From: Haplodiscus bocki
Taxonomy: Eukaryota
Length of the DNA stretch: 64,000 nt
Reading direction: 5' to 3'
Assembly: GCA_965655095.1 (NCBI GenBank)
Contig: OZ296650.1
Coordinates: forward strand, 53,134,001 to 53,198,000
Part shown: positions 47,701 to 59,300 of the stretch, one piece after another
Layout of the letters: every line of letters starts with the position of its first letter
How positions within the stretch are numbered: position 1 is the first letter of the stretch
The notes under the pieces: generated by a model
Databases searched by the model: none
Seen by the model: the letters and a program-made list of their open reading frames with translations, nothing else
Told to the model about the DNA's origin: nothing
Program-made: the position numbers and the translations under genes

Positions 47701-50648
47701 ACTGTGAATAAGTCTAACCACCCTAGTTTAACCAAGGAAAAACAACTTTGATGCTTTTCATAAAATGGTGTCAATTAAATGCGGGGTTAAATGAAATTGG
47801 GGCGAATTGACACCAAACCGAAAATTATCCAAGAGTTTGCGGGACGTATTGCAATTTATTATAACCTGAATTTATGTCACTGATTCCTGCAAAATCGAGC
47901 AAGGCGAACGCTATGACACTGAACTGAGGCGCTTTATCATTCAAGGCTACGTAGCTGATCCTCGTGGAGTAGACCTCCATAACAGAAGCCAAATAGCGGG
48001 AAACCACGTGAATGTAAACTGCATCCAAGCCCTTGTCACTCTGAAAAATTGCAACCAACGTTAGTACATTCAACCAAAAATCTTTTTGGGGAAATAATTG
48101 TGTTTAATATTCAAGGCTTCACAGGTTAAAAGCAGTATGACCAACTATTTCACATTTGAGAAATGAAAGCTTTCATCAAGAAATGAAACGAGCAAGTCGA
48201 CTCATTTTCAATCAAACAGATCGCAATTAAGCGTACACAATGATAATTTGGATGAAAGACATACCACATTTTCTTCGTCAATAGATTCACAAAACGATCG
48301 TGTGGATTTATTTTTGTCGGTGCTCATGCAAACAGTGTAGTTCGAGGAAACTACGTCGCTTATATTCTCTTTCTCATTCGCGGTGTTGTCTCCTTCAGAA
48401 GTTTCTTTTACGGCCAGCAAAGCGTAATAAGACACATGGTCACCTTTGAAACAACCAGACACATCAAAAACGTCATGCAGGGCCTTCCGGTTTGAAACGT
48501 CCATGAAATTGGTTCTCTGTTCAAATTGATGCGAATTTTCATTAACGTCGTTTTTGCTTGAATGGGATGCATAATCAGCCAGCCACATTGGAACATAATA
48601 GCTAAACATAGAAAAGCTCGTTCAAAAAAAGATTTTTCAATAGTGATACCTCATTTAATTGCATTTGAAACTTCACAAAAAGCTGTTTCAAACTTCATAA
48701 CTCAAAATGGAAAGAATCGTCCACTCATGAAACGTATTTCTAGAATGCAATTTATTGATAGGTGGTATTATTTCAACACAATCCTGTCCATAAAAGATGT
48801 GATAACTTCATCATAGGATAGACATGAGGATAGGAGACTAGAGTGAGTTCGATTTGATTCGGCTGAAAATTCAGCATGTGCCTGACAAACCACTTGAACA
48901 TATATGAAAGCCAAAAAGTTTTGTTGAATAAACTTCCAGTGAAAATTTACTCTAGTGGTACGCAGTCAACTCGGCTGCGTAATTGAGCAGCTGTATGAAA
49001 CAAGATTGTGCTACTCTATGGCTCCTGCACTAGTTTGATTCTCGGCCAACATTGCGTTTCAGGCTTTATGAGTATGACAAGTTCTTACCTGGCGCCCAAA
49101 TTTCCAGCAACCGACCATTCACGCTTTTCATCATCAGCTACACACAGCTCATTGTCTTCCGCAGCTTTGGAAAAGTAGAGTTTGCCGGGAACTCCGAAAG
49201 AATCCTCGCAGTATCCTTTGAAGTTCATAGTTTCGTTGAAATCATACGCGTCCAATGGATGTGCCATGGCAACTACAGTCGATGTATCTGAGTGAACATG
49301 TTTCAAGAAATTCAGTTTCCGGTGAGTAGTAATTTTGCAGTTTGAATCCTCCAGATCTCGAACAAAAGCCAGTTGCGAATTGAAGTCTAACACCATACTG
49401 GCATACTCCACATTCTCGCTCGGTGTTTCAGAAACATTAACGGTCAATCTGGGACCTCTTATGTCCAAACGTAACAATCTGGCGTCGTAATCATACCACT
49501 CATCAACAAAGGAAACACGCTTGTTTTTAAACTGCACCCATTCCGACGACAAGCTGAGATGCGACGGCCATTTCATTTCCATGGGCTTCTCAAATGCTCG
49601 GAAGTCACAGAAGACTCCATCCTGTGGCTGCATCTCTCCTGATTTGCGCATTTCTTGGTTTTCCAAAATTTCGATTTTGTGAATAAAATACTCAGCAGTG
49701 GTCTTGACTTCATTTTTCACAAATGATACTCTGGCGTATTGCAAATTGTCCACTTTTGTTTCTGACCCAACTGGAAAGCCAAATGTAACTTCCAAGTTAG
49801 ACGAGCTGCAATTGTTGCAACGCAACAGCTGAAATTTGATAAATTAATTTGACACATAAATCAAACAGACAAGCTGAATTTATTTCAGCTTGCATATGAG
49901 CAACTGACTTATAGAGCAATATGTCACCAATAGAAGTTCTTGAAAATTATTATCATACATTTTAATCTAATTACTATTTAACAAGAAAAGTTGAGCGGAG
50001 AATGTTTGAAGGTTAGCAGCTGCAATTGTATAGTGAGCAGTAGATCAATGCTTAACGGTGCCCACCAACCTTATATTTGGAAGATCCAATTGACGAGTTC
50101 GAACTATTCATTTGAAAGCTAGAAGTGTTGACCAGCAGGAGCATAGATAACGGATACACAGCTGACGGACCACTGATTTTGACCTTGGGATAAAAATCCG
50201 GCATTTTGGCATAATTGAACAGTCTCGCGTCTTTTTTGGTGGCATTGCAATCCGAAGAGAACTCCGTAACTCTGTCAAACATGGGACCGCGCTTTCCAGA
50301 TTTGTTCCGCAGAAGAGAGTACGGATATCTTCGACTTGAAACCAATCTTGTCGAGTAGCCCACGGCAGAGTGAAAAACTCCTCCAAAATTTGGAGTAACT
50401 ACAACACGGTGGAACTTTGAATCGGAAGAATAATCCAGAAACAAATCCGAGTCAGCAAAATTGGTTTCATTGAGCCAAAAGTAGTCGTTCAAGTTCAGAG
50501 TCGTTTGGGAATTCGCGATAGAAATTCGAGCTTTTGACGAGATGAGAACCCCCTGACCTTTAAGAGACGTCAAGCTTCCAATGAAGCTATTTTCATCATC
50601 CGAGCCCAGAGTAACCGGGAGAATGAAACATAAAACCCAAGGTAACAT
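44417..50648 (-). CDS. Uncharacterised type-I single-pass membrane glycoprotein (~731 aa), spliced gene span
   Basis: Exons 50070-50648, 49089-49828, 48265-48601, 47866-48040, 44417-44781 are all GT-AG and phase-consistent (0,2,0,1). Signal-peptide-like MLPWVLCFILPVTLG, several N-x-S/T sites, C-terminal TM helix LMLIMMISVGIIMILVGASIGVAIAY and a short tail. Confidence 0.82.
44830..44926 (-). mobile_element. Helentron/DINE-like terminal fragment
   Basis: CCGAGTAACACTATAAA...ACTTTCCGAAGTCCTA. Confidence 0.55.
44938..45098. repeat. Near-perfect 60-nt tandem repeat, ~2.7 copies
   Basis: Lines 44941, 45001 and 45061 are almost identical (GACTATGG.AATTAACGAAGAGCTGGTTTTTGTTGAC). Confidence 0.92.
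47206..47611. mobile_element. MITE-like element with TTAACCGGTTAA subterminal palindromes
   Basis: Termini GAGCATG...CATGCTC are inverted; clusters of TTAACCGGTTAA variants at both ends. Confidence 0.55.
47866..48040 (-). CDS. Membrane protein coding exon 4
   Basis: TTTCAG acceptor, phase 0; G|GTTATA donor, phase 1. Confidence 0.75.
48265..48601 (-). CDS. Membrane protein coding exon 3
   Basis: TTTAG acceptor, phase 2; GTG|GTATGT donor. Confidence 0.8.
49089..49828 (-). CDS. Membrane protein coding exon 2
   Basis: TTTCAG acceptor, 246-codon open frame, AG|GTAAGA donor. Confidence 0.87.
50070..50648 (-). CDS. Membrane protein coding exon 1 (signal peptide)
   Basis: ATG 6 nt after a TTTCAG acceptor; AAG|GTTGGT donor. 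Confidence 0.8.
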
Positions 50649-51254
50649 TGCCACCTGAAAACTACGAAAAATTCTCGTATGAACTAAAACATCCGTTCCA
50701 GTTACCACTTGACAGCTATCACCTGCTACTAAGGTTGGCAAAACTCTTCAGTTGATTTATTGTTCAAGAAAAAGAAAATATTGAATTGACTGAAAACAAA
50801 AAACAGTTTTTCGTCTAGTATAATATAAATACGCGGTAATGATGCATTAGTAGCTTACACTACCAGGAAGACACGACCGTCAGGACTATAACACTCAGCG
50901 ACAAATGTTGCTAGCTTCCAAATTTCAATCGAGTATCATTGCCGGGATGGAAAGATGAGCACATCCAATTTTCAACCCGTTAGCCTCCCTTCAAGTATCA
51001 AAAATGCTGTTGCGAAGAAATTCAAATAGTACAAAGCGTATCCAAAAACTCGAACCCATAAAAAGAAATTTTCAAAAAATCCAGGACAGAAGTAAAAAAG
51101 CTTATTCGAAAGTATGAAACCCAGCATTACAGTGAAAAACTGGAAAGGGTTCTGAAAAATCCGCGCACATTTTATAGAGAACTGGATGAAATAACGGGAA
51201 GGGCAAAAATTAAACAACGACTTATTGAAAATCCGCCTATGCAGTGTCACGTGT

Positions 51255-54200
51255 CGTGCGCAGCAGTGACGGTCCCAAGCCCGGATGAGGGTGGCGTCAG
51301 GAAGGGCATACGGCCGTTATACATTGCTCGAAAACTGAATCAAATGGAAAGTAAACAAATTGGGGCCGTACACCCCGAAATGCGGCGAGGGCGTTGACGG
51401 TGCCGGCCTAGGACAGAAAAAACCATCGACACAACGAAAGAGCAAAAGCGTGATGACGGTCTCATGAACTGAGAAGCGTGGCAAACAACGGGTCGCAACC
51501 TGGAACGTGGGCAGCCTCTCGGGTAAAAGCGCAGAGGTTGCGAGAGAACTGAAGGAGAGAAGAATTGATGTGGCATTCTTGCAAGAAACGAGATGGAGAG
51601 GACACGGAACCAGGAAAATCGGAGAAGGCGTGAAACTGTTCTGGTCTCGGGACGAGAAGCCGAAAACAGTGTGGGCATTGTAACAGCTGAACATCTCATC
51701 AACAAGGTCACGCTAGTCAGAAGAACTTGCGACCGTATTAAGATCGTGAGAACAGTGATCGGCAAGACCATCTTCATCCCAGTGTCTGTTAATGCACCTC
51801 AGACAGGTAGACATGATCAGAAGCAAGACTTCCATCATGTACTTGACAAAATGCTGCAAGAGTGTGAGGCAGTCATTGTTGCTGGGGATCTGAATGGGCT
51901 CGTTGCATTATCGAAACGAGATGAATCAGTCCATGGTGGGCTCGGCGTTGGTGAAAAGAACGCAGAGGGAACAGGGAAACTGGATTTCGCCCTGGCGTAC
52001 AAACTGCGGTCGCCAAAACATGGTTGAAGAAGCCAGTCACAATTGATCCCATTTTTCTCCGGTCAAGTGAAGACCGGAACAGCTTACACAATGTCAAGGA
52101 AGAGGTTTGCTGTCAACCTCAATGTGAAAGCCATTCCTTTATGCACTCAGCTCAAGATGGTAGTCGAGGATTCTGCCACGGACACGAAAACGCCAAGACC
52201 CTTGAAACCAGTACCTCGCCTGCGAACCTTCATGCTGAAGGAGCCGGAAGGTCGCGTTAAATTCCAGGAGAATTTGTTTGACCTGACCGACACCGACACC
52301 TCGAAAGTCTTGATGGTGAATTGAAGACATCTGCAAAGAAAACCTGTGGTTTTTCGAAAGGTAGGAAGGAAAATGAAACGTGCTGGTGAACGAGCGAGCC
52401 GGAAGCTCTAGTCAAGGCACAGAGAGACGTTTGGAAGAAAAGGACAGCAACACGGAACATCGAGACGAGAAGCAGTTATGTGGAGGCACGCAATCACCTG
52501 AAAATTACAGTAAGGTAGGCGATTAGTGCAGCACCTGAGAAAGCACGCGAGGAAGAGGATAACCAGCGGATCTTCGCCATAGCGAATCAGCGCACGAAAG
52601 AACAAAGGACATAAGTGGATACAACTGCCTTCGCAGCCCAGGTAAGATCCACATGTCTGTACAAGAAACGGAAAACATTTGGCAGCGGCACTTTGATGAG
52701 ATTATGAATGTTCAAAACCAGTATGCGACAGACGACCTCCCTGAAACGCGAGGACCCTGCCTAGAGTTCTCATTGAAGGAAGTCAAGGACGCGCTTGATA
52801 GCATCAGTAGCTTCAAAGCAGCCGGTCCCATTGGTGTCACCGCATCAATGCTGAAAGTGGTGGGCGGACAAGCTATGAGAGTTCTTAGGAGCATGGCCAA
52901 CGACATCCTGCGATGCGGAACTTTGCTAGAAGACCTCAAACAAAACCTAATCATCCCTCTTTTTAAAGGAAACCGTGACCCCTTCTTTCCCAACTCCTTC
53001 CGGGGCATAAAACTACCATTCAACCTTTCAAAGTGTTGGAGAAACTGATTGAAAGTTGACTACGACAAGAGATCCATATCAACGAATCACAGTTCGGCTT
53101 CATGCCTGGAGAAGGAACACTTGACGCCGTTCTTGTGATTGGACTTTTATGCGAGATATTTAGAGCAAAAGGTAAGAAGCTGCACTGCATATTTGTGGAG
53201 CTGGAGAAAGCATTTGATAGGGTCTCGCAACCAATCATTATCGATGTACTTCGTCACCAAGATGTACCGGAAAAATAGATCAAGGCAGTGGTGGAAACAT
53301 ACACGGGAGCAAAAACAGCTGTCTTTGATGATGGCCAGAAGTCTGGGGAGTTCGGCACGAGCGTAGCCGTGCACCAAGGAGCCAACCTCAGTCCATCCTT
53401 TTTCTCCGTGATGCTATACGTGACAGAGTCAGCCAGGCACAACGACCTCATGGAGCTTCTGTACGCCGATGATCTGGTGGTGCGCGAGGAAACCGTAGCG
53501 AAAGTGATCACTGAACGTAACAAATGGAAGGCGGTAAGGGAGATGAAAGGTCTAGAGATCAGCCTGAAGAAAACAAAAGCCATAGCGAGTCACACCGGCA
53601 GCAGTCTCGCCACTGTAATGGCTCTAGACCCGTGCGGAGTATGCAGAAAGCGCGTGGGTGTCAACTTGATCCGCTGAACAGCCTGCTTCTGTTGGGTGCA
53701 CAGGTGATGCTCCAAAAACGTGGAAGTCGGAGTTCAGCAAGAGACTTTGTCTTTGTGAGTTACACCAATGCGACCTAACCAGCGAGCACATCGCAGGATG
53801 AATTCAGTGAGCTTCAACGTGGGGACAAATTCGTTTACCTTGGGGATTGTCTAGACACAACCGGTGGTTTTGATGAAGCAGTAAACAAGAGAGTTCAGTC
53901 TGCCTGGAGAGGTTTACGACGCCTGATAGGAACTTTTGTCGATCAGCGCGGGCTTTTCTTCCGACAGAATGGGTTTTCCTACAAAAGATGTATGCGCCGT
54001 GTTATCCTTTACTCAAGTCGGACGTTGAGGTTTACTAACAGTCTCACGCAGCAACTGCAGGGCACGAAGCGCACAATGACAAGAAGGATGCATGGCTTTG
54101 ACCTAGCAGGGAGCCTACCATCAGAGGAACTGAGAAGATGACTAGGAATCCAGCAGTATTTAATCGAAACAATGGCAACCAACACCTTGAGATGGTAGAG

Positions 54201-54437
54201 ACACTGAGCGGACGAGAAGATTCTCACCCAATCAAGATGGCGCACAGTTTTGGTGTGACTGGTAAAAGGCCGCCCGGCTGGCCCAAGTAGACTTGGGATA
54301 ACGCTGTTCTGGAATTACTGACGGCTCGCCGACTTTCTTAAGCGAACGCCCTCAACAGGGAGACCTGGCGTTCAAAAATTCAGGAACGCCCCGCCAACGT
54401 CAACCTGCTGGGACAAGAGGGCAACAGATAATAATGA
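51255..54437 (+). mobile_element. Near full-length but decayed RTE-clade non-LTR retrotransposon (APE endonuclease, RT, PHD-like insert)
   Basis: EN motifs RVATWNVGSL, DVAFLQETRW and IVAGDLNG. RT motifs KAAGP, FRGIKL, QFGFMPG, ELEKAFDRV, VHQGANLSP and LLYADDLV. Multiple stops and frameshifts; higher GC than the flanks; ends in a short ATAATAATGA tail. Confidence 0.92.
51261..51296 (+). ncRNA. Twister ribozyme core (3' portion or degenerate remnant) at the RTE 5' end
   Basis: CGGTCCCAAGCCCGG (51270-51284) plus GAGGG (51287-51291) match the conserved type-P1 twister core as I recall it; the upstream UAA cleavage strand is not recognisable. Confidence 0.65.
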
Positions 54438-54899
54438 ACAAATCTTGTTGATAGTTGGAGTTAATTTTGTGACAGAACCCACAGATGTTGTAATTTCCCT
54501 CTCCTACATTGTTTCTCAGAACTTGGCAAAAAAAGAAGATTTTGGAGAATTACTTGAGGGGCGACTTCAAAGTATAGAAAAGAATTGGGTTTTTTAATTC
54601 CGGAAAAAATGAAGTTTTTCAAGAGAAAATTGAAGAACTCAGGCAACAAACCATATGGCCGAGTTCTCTTTTAGCTGATATAACCCTTAGCAGCAAAAAG
54701 TACTGGGCGAAAATCGCAGCTATCTTGTAAGATTATGGTTTTGTGCAGCTCAACCGTCGAAACCCGACGGATAGCTGCTCAGTCAAAGAAACATTCGCTG
54801 TCGAAACCAGACAGTAGCTTTGTGAAAGCTGTCCAAGTCGTTACAAAATATGACATCAATAAAATTTAATGCTAGATCGTTAATTAATCGTTTGTACTG

Positions 54900-57800
54900 A
54901 CGTTTAAGCTGTTTTCACAAAACACTTTTTCTACGTATCTTCTAGCAATCACTTCTCAAAGGGAAGTCATCCTCATCGCAACAAACCAAGATAACAACCA
55001 AAAAAGCCAGAAAAACCGAACCATGGGCCAGCGAAGAGTTTAATTCTCCGCTGACGCCCAAACGAAAACAACTTTCAGAAGTCTAGATTGTTTTTGAAAC
55101 TGAGAAACTTATCTGTAGCTGCGCATCCCTCGCGTTCAATTACATTGCGGGCCTCTCGGTCAGTAAGAATTTGGTAATCCCGTTGTAGCCGGACAAACGC
55201 TTCCTGAGGTCATCCCTGGTGTGGCTGAGACAATAGACTCAGCCTTTGGAACTTCCTTGTATTTGAAGATATTGAAGCGTCATTCGGCACCATAAGCTGC
55301 TAGTAAAGTTAGAACGTCACCCATTTCAGTTGCAACGTCAGGAGTCTTCAGCTTACGGACTAAGGTCGCAACGGTACATTGGAATTACAGATGTGCGGGC
55401 AAGATTTGAGATAGCACCTTCTGCTCATCAAGCTTTTCCAACGCTCTGATATAATCGGACTCTGCACTCCACAAATTTATCGTCCGTCGAGCGATCGTTT
55501 TCATCTGTTTCTCCAACGTAGTTTGGAGCTGGTGGGCCGTGTTCCTCCCAGTAGCAGCTGCCCCATGGTCACTTGTGATTTCATTTGGAGGGACGACACT
55601 TGCTGTTGGAGGACTCTTATTTGACATACCAGGATATTACACTCGTTCATCAGCACAACTTTCTCTGCTTGGATCTCAGTGAGAACTACTTCATTTATGT
55701 CTGCCCGTCCAACCAACGACGAGCAAGAAAACGTTCCAGCAAATACGACTTTTCGGGCTTTGCTGTGTCTACCCTCAACGCAAAAGACTTCTGCCTACAT
55801 CTGTTACTCGACAACGAAGACTTCAGGGATGTAGTAAACAGTGCTTCCAAGTTTTTAGGACACACACTTGAACAACAAAAAATTCATAAAATTTAAGAAC
55901 TGCAACAAGTTGTTCTTGTTATGTCTGCAGCTTGTTGTCGACAATTCATACACCATTCTCGCCTGCAAGTTGCTAAGCGAAACCGGCGTGAGAGAAAAAC
56001 AAAACAGTCTTTTGAAATCTTTTTCATTTAAAAGTAAAACTTGAAACCCACTTGTTACTTTGTTTCCGAAAGTCTCCACACTTCCTGCATTCGACTAAAG
56101 TAGGTGATTCCCACCTGAAAAGTTTTGCTTTTACAAAAAAGGCAACCCACATTTTATTTTGTTTTTGGAAGTGTTTTCTCTTCCTGCATCCTACCGAAGT
56201 AAGTGATACACACCTTCGAAAAATTATTAGGACGAAAGTGCGCAAAACGCGGTTAATCACTCCAAATTTCCCTTCTCGAGAGTTTGTTTTCGGCGTTTTC
56301 GGGGTCTCATTGGTCACAAGTTTCCCTAGTTTTCTCATCGTTTAAAATTGCATAGGCTCGATGTATGGTTTTGGAAAGATCCTCGCAACCTCCGACATCC
56401 AGAAAGTTCATGGCTACCTACTTCTTGTAGTTCCTTGTAAATGCCAACCTTTTCGTGGACGGCAAAAACTTCATACGGCGTGAAAGGTCATTATGAATTG
56501 GTTTCTTTTTTGATTTCTTCAATCGGTTTTTTTTGTTATTCTTGCTTTGTTTCTTTCACTTTTTATCAACGAGCGCTGTTTGTCCAAGTTCTCCGTTAGT
56601 CGTCCCATTCTATCTCAGTGGGCTCTTTCATTGAGCTCACGTTCTTGAATTGCGCGCCATTGGTCGTCGTCCCCTACATTGATATGCACCTCAGCCAACA
56701 TTTGCTGTTCTTCTAAAGCCTTTTGTTTTCATTTTGAAAATCTCAAACTCCTGTCGGAGCCCGCTCGGTTGAGTTGGAGATACATCAGTTCCTACTTCGA
56801 TGTTTGCAGGACCCAAAGCGCCCCGGGATCAACTTTCCTATGCTCAGAAATGCATCTTTATCCCCAGTACAATCCAGGCGCCACTTCTTTTCTTTTTGAA
56901 GGTAAGGTAAATAGTAGACGTACTCATTGATGCGTCCATTAGACATTTCAGAACATAACAAAACCTAGTATGTGTGCAGTATTTGAAAAAACTTTAATCC
57001 CAACACCCGTTTATCTTCTTCATTGATATTTTTAACATCCTAGGCAACCGTTCTCTTTGTTTTCTGATTCAACGCTGACGTCGTTTTTCCGTTAATTGTT
57101 GTACCGTTTCATTTCCCAGACTTCTGCCAGACTTTGAAAATACTCAAAAAGTGGATTGAACGGCTGTAAAATCAAACGCGTCTTTGTTCCCCGTCGCTTG
57201 AATTTGATGAGGAAAAAATTTTTTTGAAAAAACGTTACACAGTAACTAGCAATGTTAAAGTTTGGAGGGTTATAGCAATTTCCCTGTCGGTCCAGCAGAG
57301 CAACAATTTGTCTTTTTTCACTGTTTTGGAACATTGTAAAAACAGCCCTGCTGAAACCCAGCTGTCGATGTGGTACTTTCAGACGAAAGTATTTCTCGTG
57401 AGAGTACTGGCCCTGGGATCCACGGTATACCACGCTTCTCGAAATGGTAGTTCATCTACGTCTCGGAGCCCTCGCTCGTCTACTCCTCCAAAAGTTTTCC
57501 ATTGAGAACAGTCCTTTTTTTCAAAGTGACGAGTTCGTGGCTTCTAATTTCTTATCTGGTTTTGTTGTAGATTGACATTGGTCCAACCAAGCCGATCTCA
57601 ATCTTTGTACCTAAAATAACCCATGAACCATTCGACAATCAATTCAAATTGGGATACAGAGGATTGCACTCAGTCAACGCATGGTTTTGATTAAGGACTT
57701 TTGAGAAAGGGTTCATCAAATATAGCACGGTTTCTTTGCCACGCCCAATCAATCCACCACCTCTTCCATGAAAAAAAACAATTTCAACTTAAGTAATTCC

Positions 57801-59300
57801 ACTTTTGCACATCTGTGAAGATAGACTACACCACTTGCCTACCAAAGATGTATAAATTTTGTTCCTACTCCCCATACTGCACTGCCCAAATTAGAAATAA
57901 GTGAGAGTTTGATCTAAGTTCTTAGTCGATCCATTTGACATCTTTGAAAAATCTTCTCTACACAAATAGCTTCCATTTCTTGTAATCCTGGCGCATAGGC
58001 ATTATCCCACCGACTCTGTGTGATCAGGGTCAGGTCAAGCAAGCTACCTTTTTGCTTTGGGTAGATCCAGTAACTGCAAAATGACATACATATTCTGAAT
58101 GATTGTCAGAATAGAGTTCCAATGAAAAAATTGAGAAGTGTTTTGCCAATCTCAACGCCTAATAAGTTTTCAACTGAAAAAAACCGTTAGTAATCTGCTT
58201 TTTGCTCCTTGAAACTTCATCGCTTCGTTGTCGTCCCTACATGTTACAGGTTTCAACCAGACAAAATTTCTGGTTTTTTGGGTCAAGTGCAACACAGAAT
58301 CGTGCTCGAAATTTTTTAGCAAATGGATTCTTGAACGGTAATTCCCAAAGTTGTCCATCTGCCAAGTAAAAACATGTCGTCCTCATGCGTTTCTTTTTTG
58401 GCGTACAGCTTGCCTATCGTCAATCTCCCATTGATTAACACACAACCGTCTGTAGTATCACCCGGTGGTAAAATCTATTCCACTCCTAAGCACAGCCAAT
58501 TCCACGTCCTTTTTTTTTCAAAAATGTCTTTCAGTGATCAAAATTCTCAACTTTTTCCTTCATGGCGTGCTACTTTTTCCTAATTTCCGAAGAATGGGGC
58601 TAAAAATCCTTCTTTTCGAACCTTGGTAAATTAAATTTGCTTCCAGTGTTTACCGACTGGCAAGTTTCATTTTTATCAGGTTAGAAATCGGTAGTATTTT
58701 CGAATCTTGGAGCAAATGAAGTCCGTTGTCGTATACTTTAGTTTTGTTGGTTTATGATAGTGTTTATTAGGCCTGTCAGGAGCACAGTCTCAAATCCACT
58801 TCAAGATTGTTCTCATGAAGAAGAATTGTCTGCTCAGCTATATTGGTAGTGGCCCTTGATTCTCGAGTGCCTTGTTGTTGGTCATTTGAAGAAAACACTG
58901 AGTCTGTTACGATTTGCTCGAATTCATATGACACTGTCTTAAATTCGTCACTGAGAGCGAACTTGCTGAAGAGAAACGGAATCAAAATCAATGCGTGCAA
59001 AGGTTCACTTTGATTGCTTAAGTCTCTTCTTCTGTCAAATGTTGCCACTCACATGCTTCCTGAAGCAAAAACATCATCGTTATCTTAGTTACCATCATCG
59101 TCAATATTATACAAAGTAGTGGGGAAATCGTTTCGGTACCAACCGGTCATGGGGAATTTTTCCTTTTTTCTTCGGGGCAGACTTCTACCTATATTTTTAA
59201 ACGGGCTTTTATGCAATTGGGGTAGTTTTACCGAAATTTTTACACTCTGCTTTGCCAGCGGCTCTACTGGTTCTCCTACCCATTTCTTCGTTAATCCCAA
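54900..59300 (-). pseudogene. Decayed extra ORF region downstream of the Gypsy integrase
   Basis: Series of frameshifted minus-strand ORF fragments (58776-59048, 58170-58358, 57092-57433, 55385-55716) collinear with pol; no recognisable domain. Confidence 0.4.

Noticed and set aside
50649-50741. N-terminal extension of the 229-aa ORF from TTG at 50741
   Set aside because: It mostly lies upstream of a strong TTTCAG acceptor; the ATG at 50648 directly starts a signal peptide.
51317-53583. Numerous minus-strand ORFs of 65-145 aa
   Set aside because: Antisense shadows of the plus-strand RTE coding sequence.
54726-54845. TGTAA...TTACA segment as a possible LTR of the Gypsy element
   Set aside because: Only ~120 nt, with no adjacent polypurine tract, no TSD and no second copy in the window.
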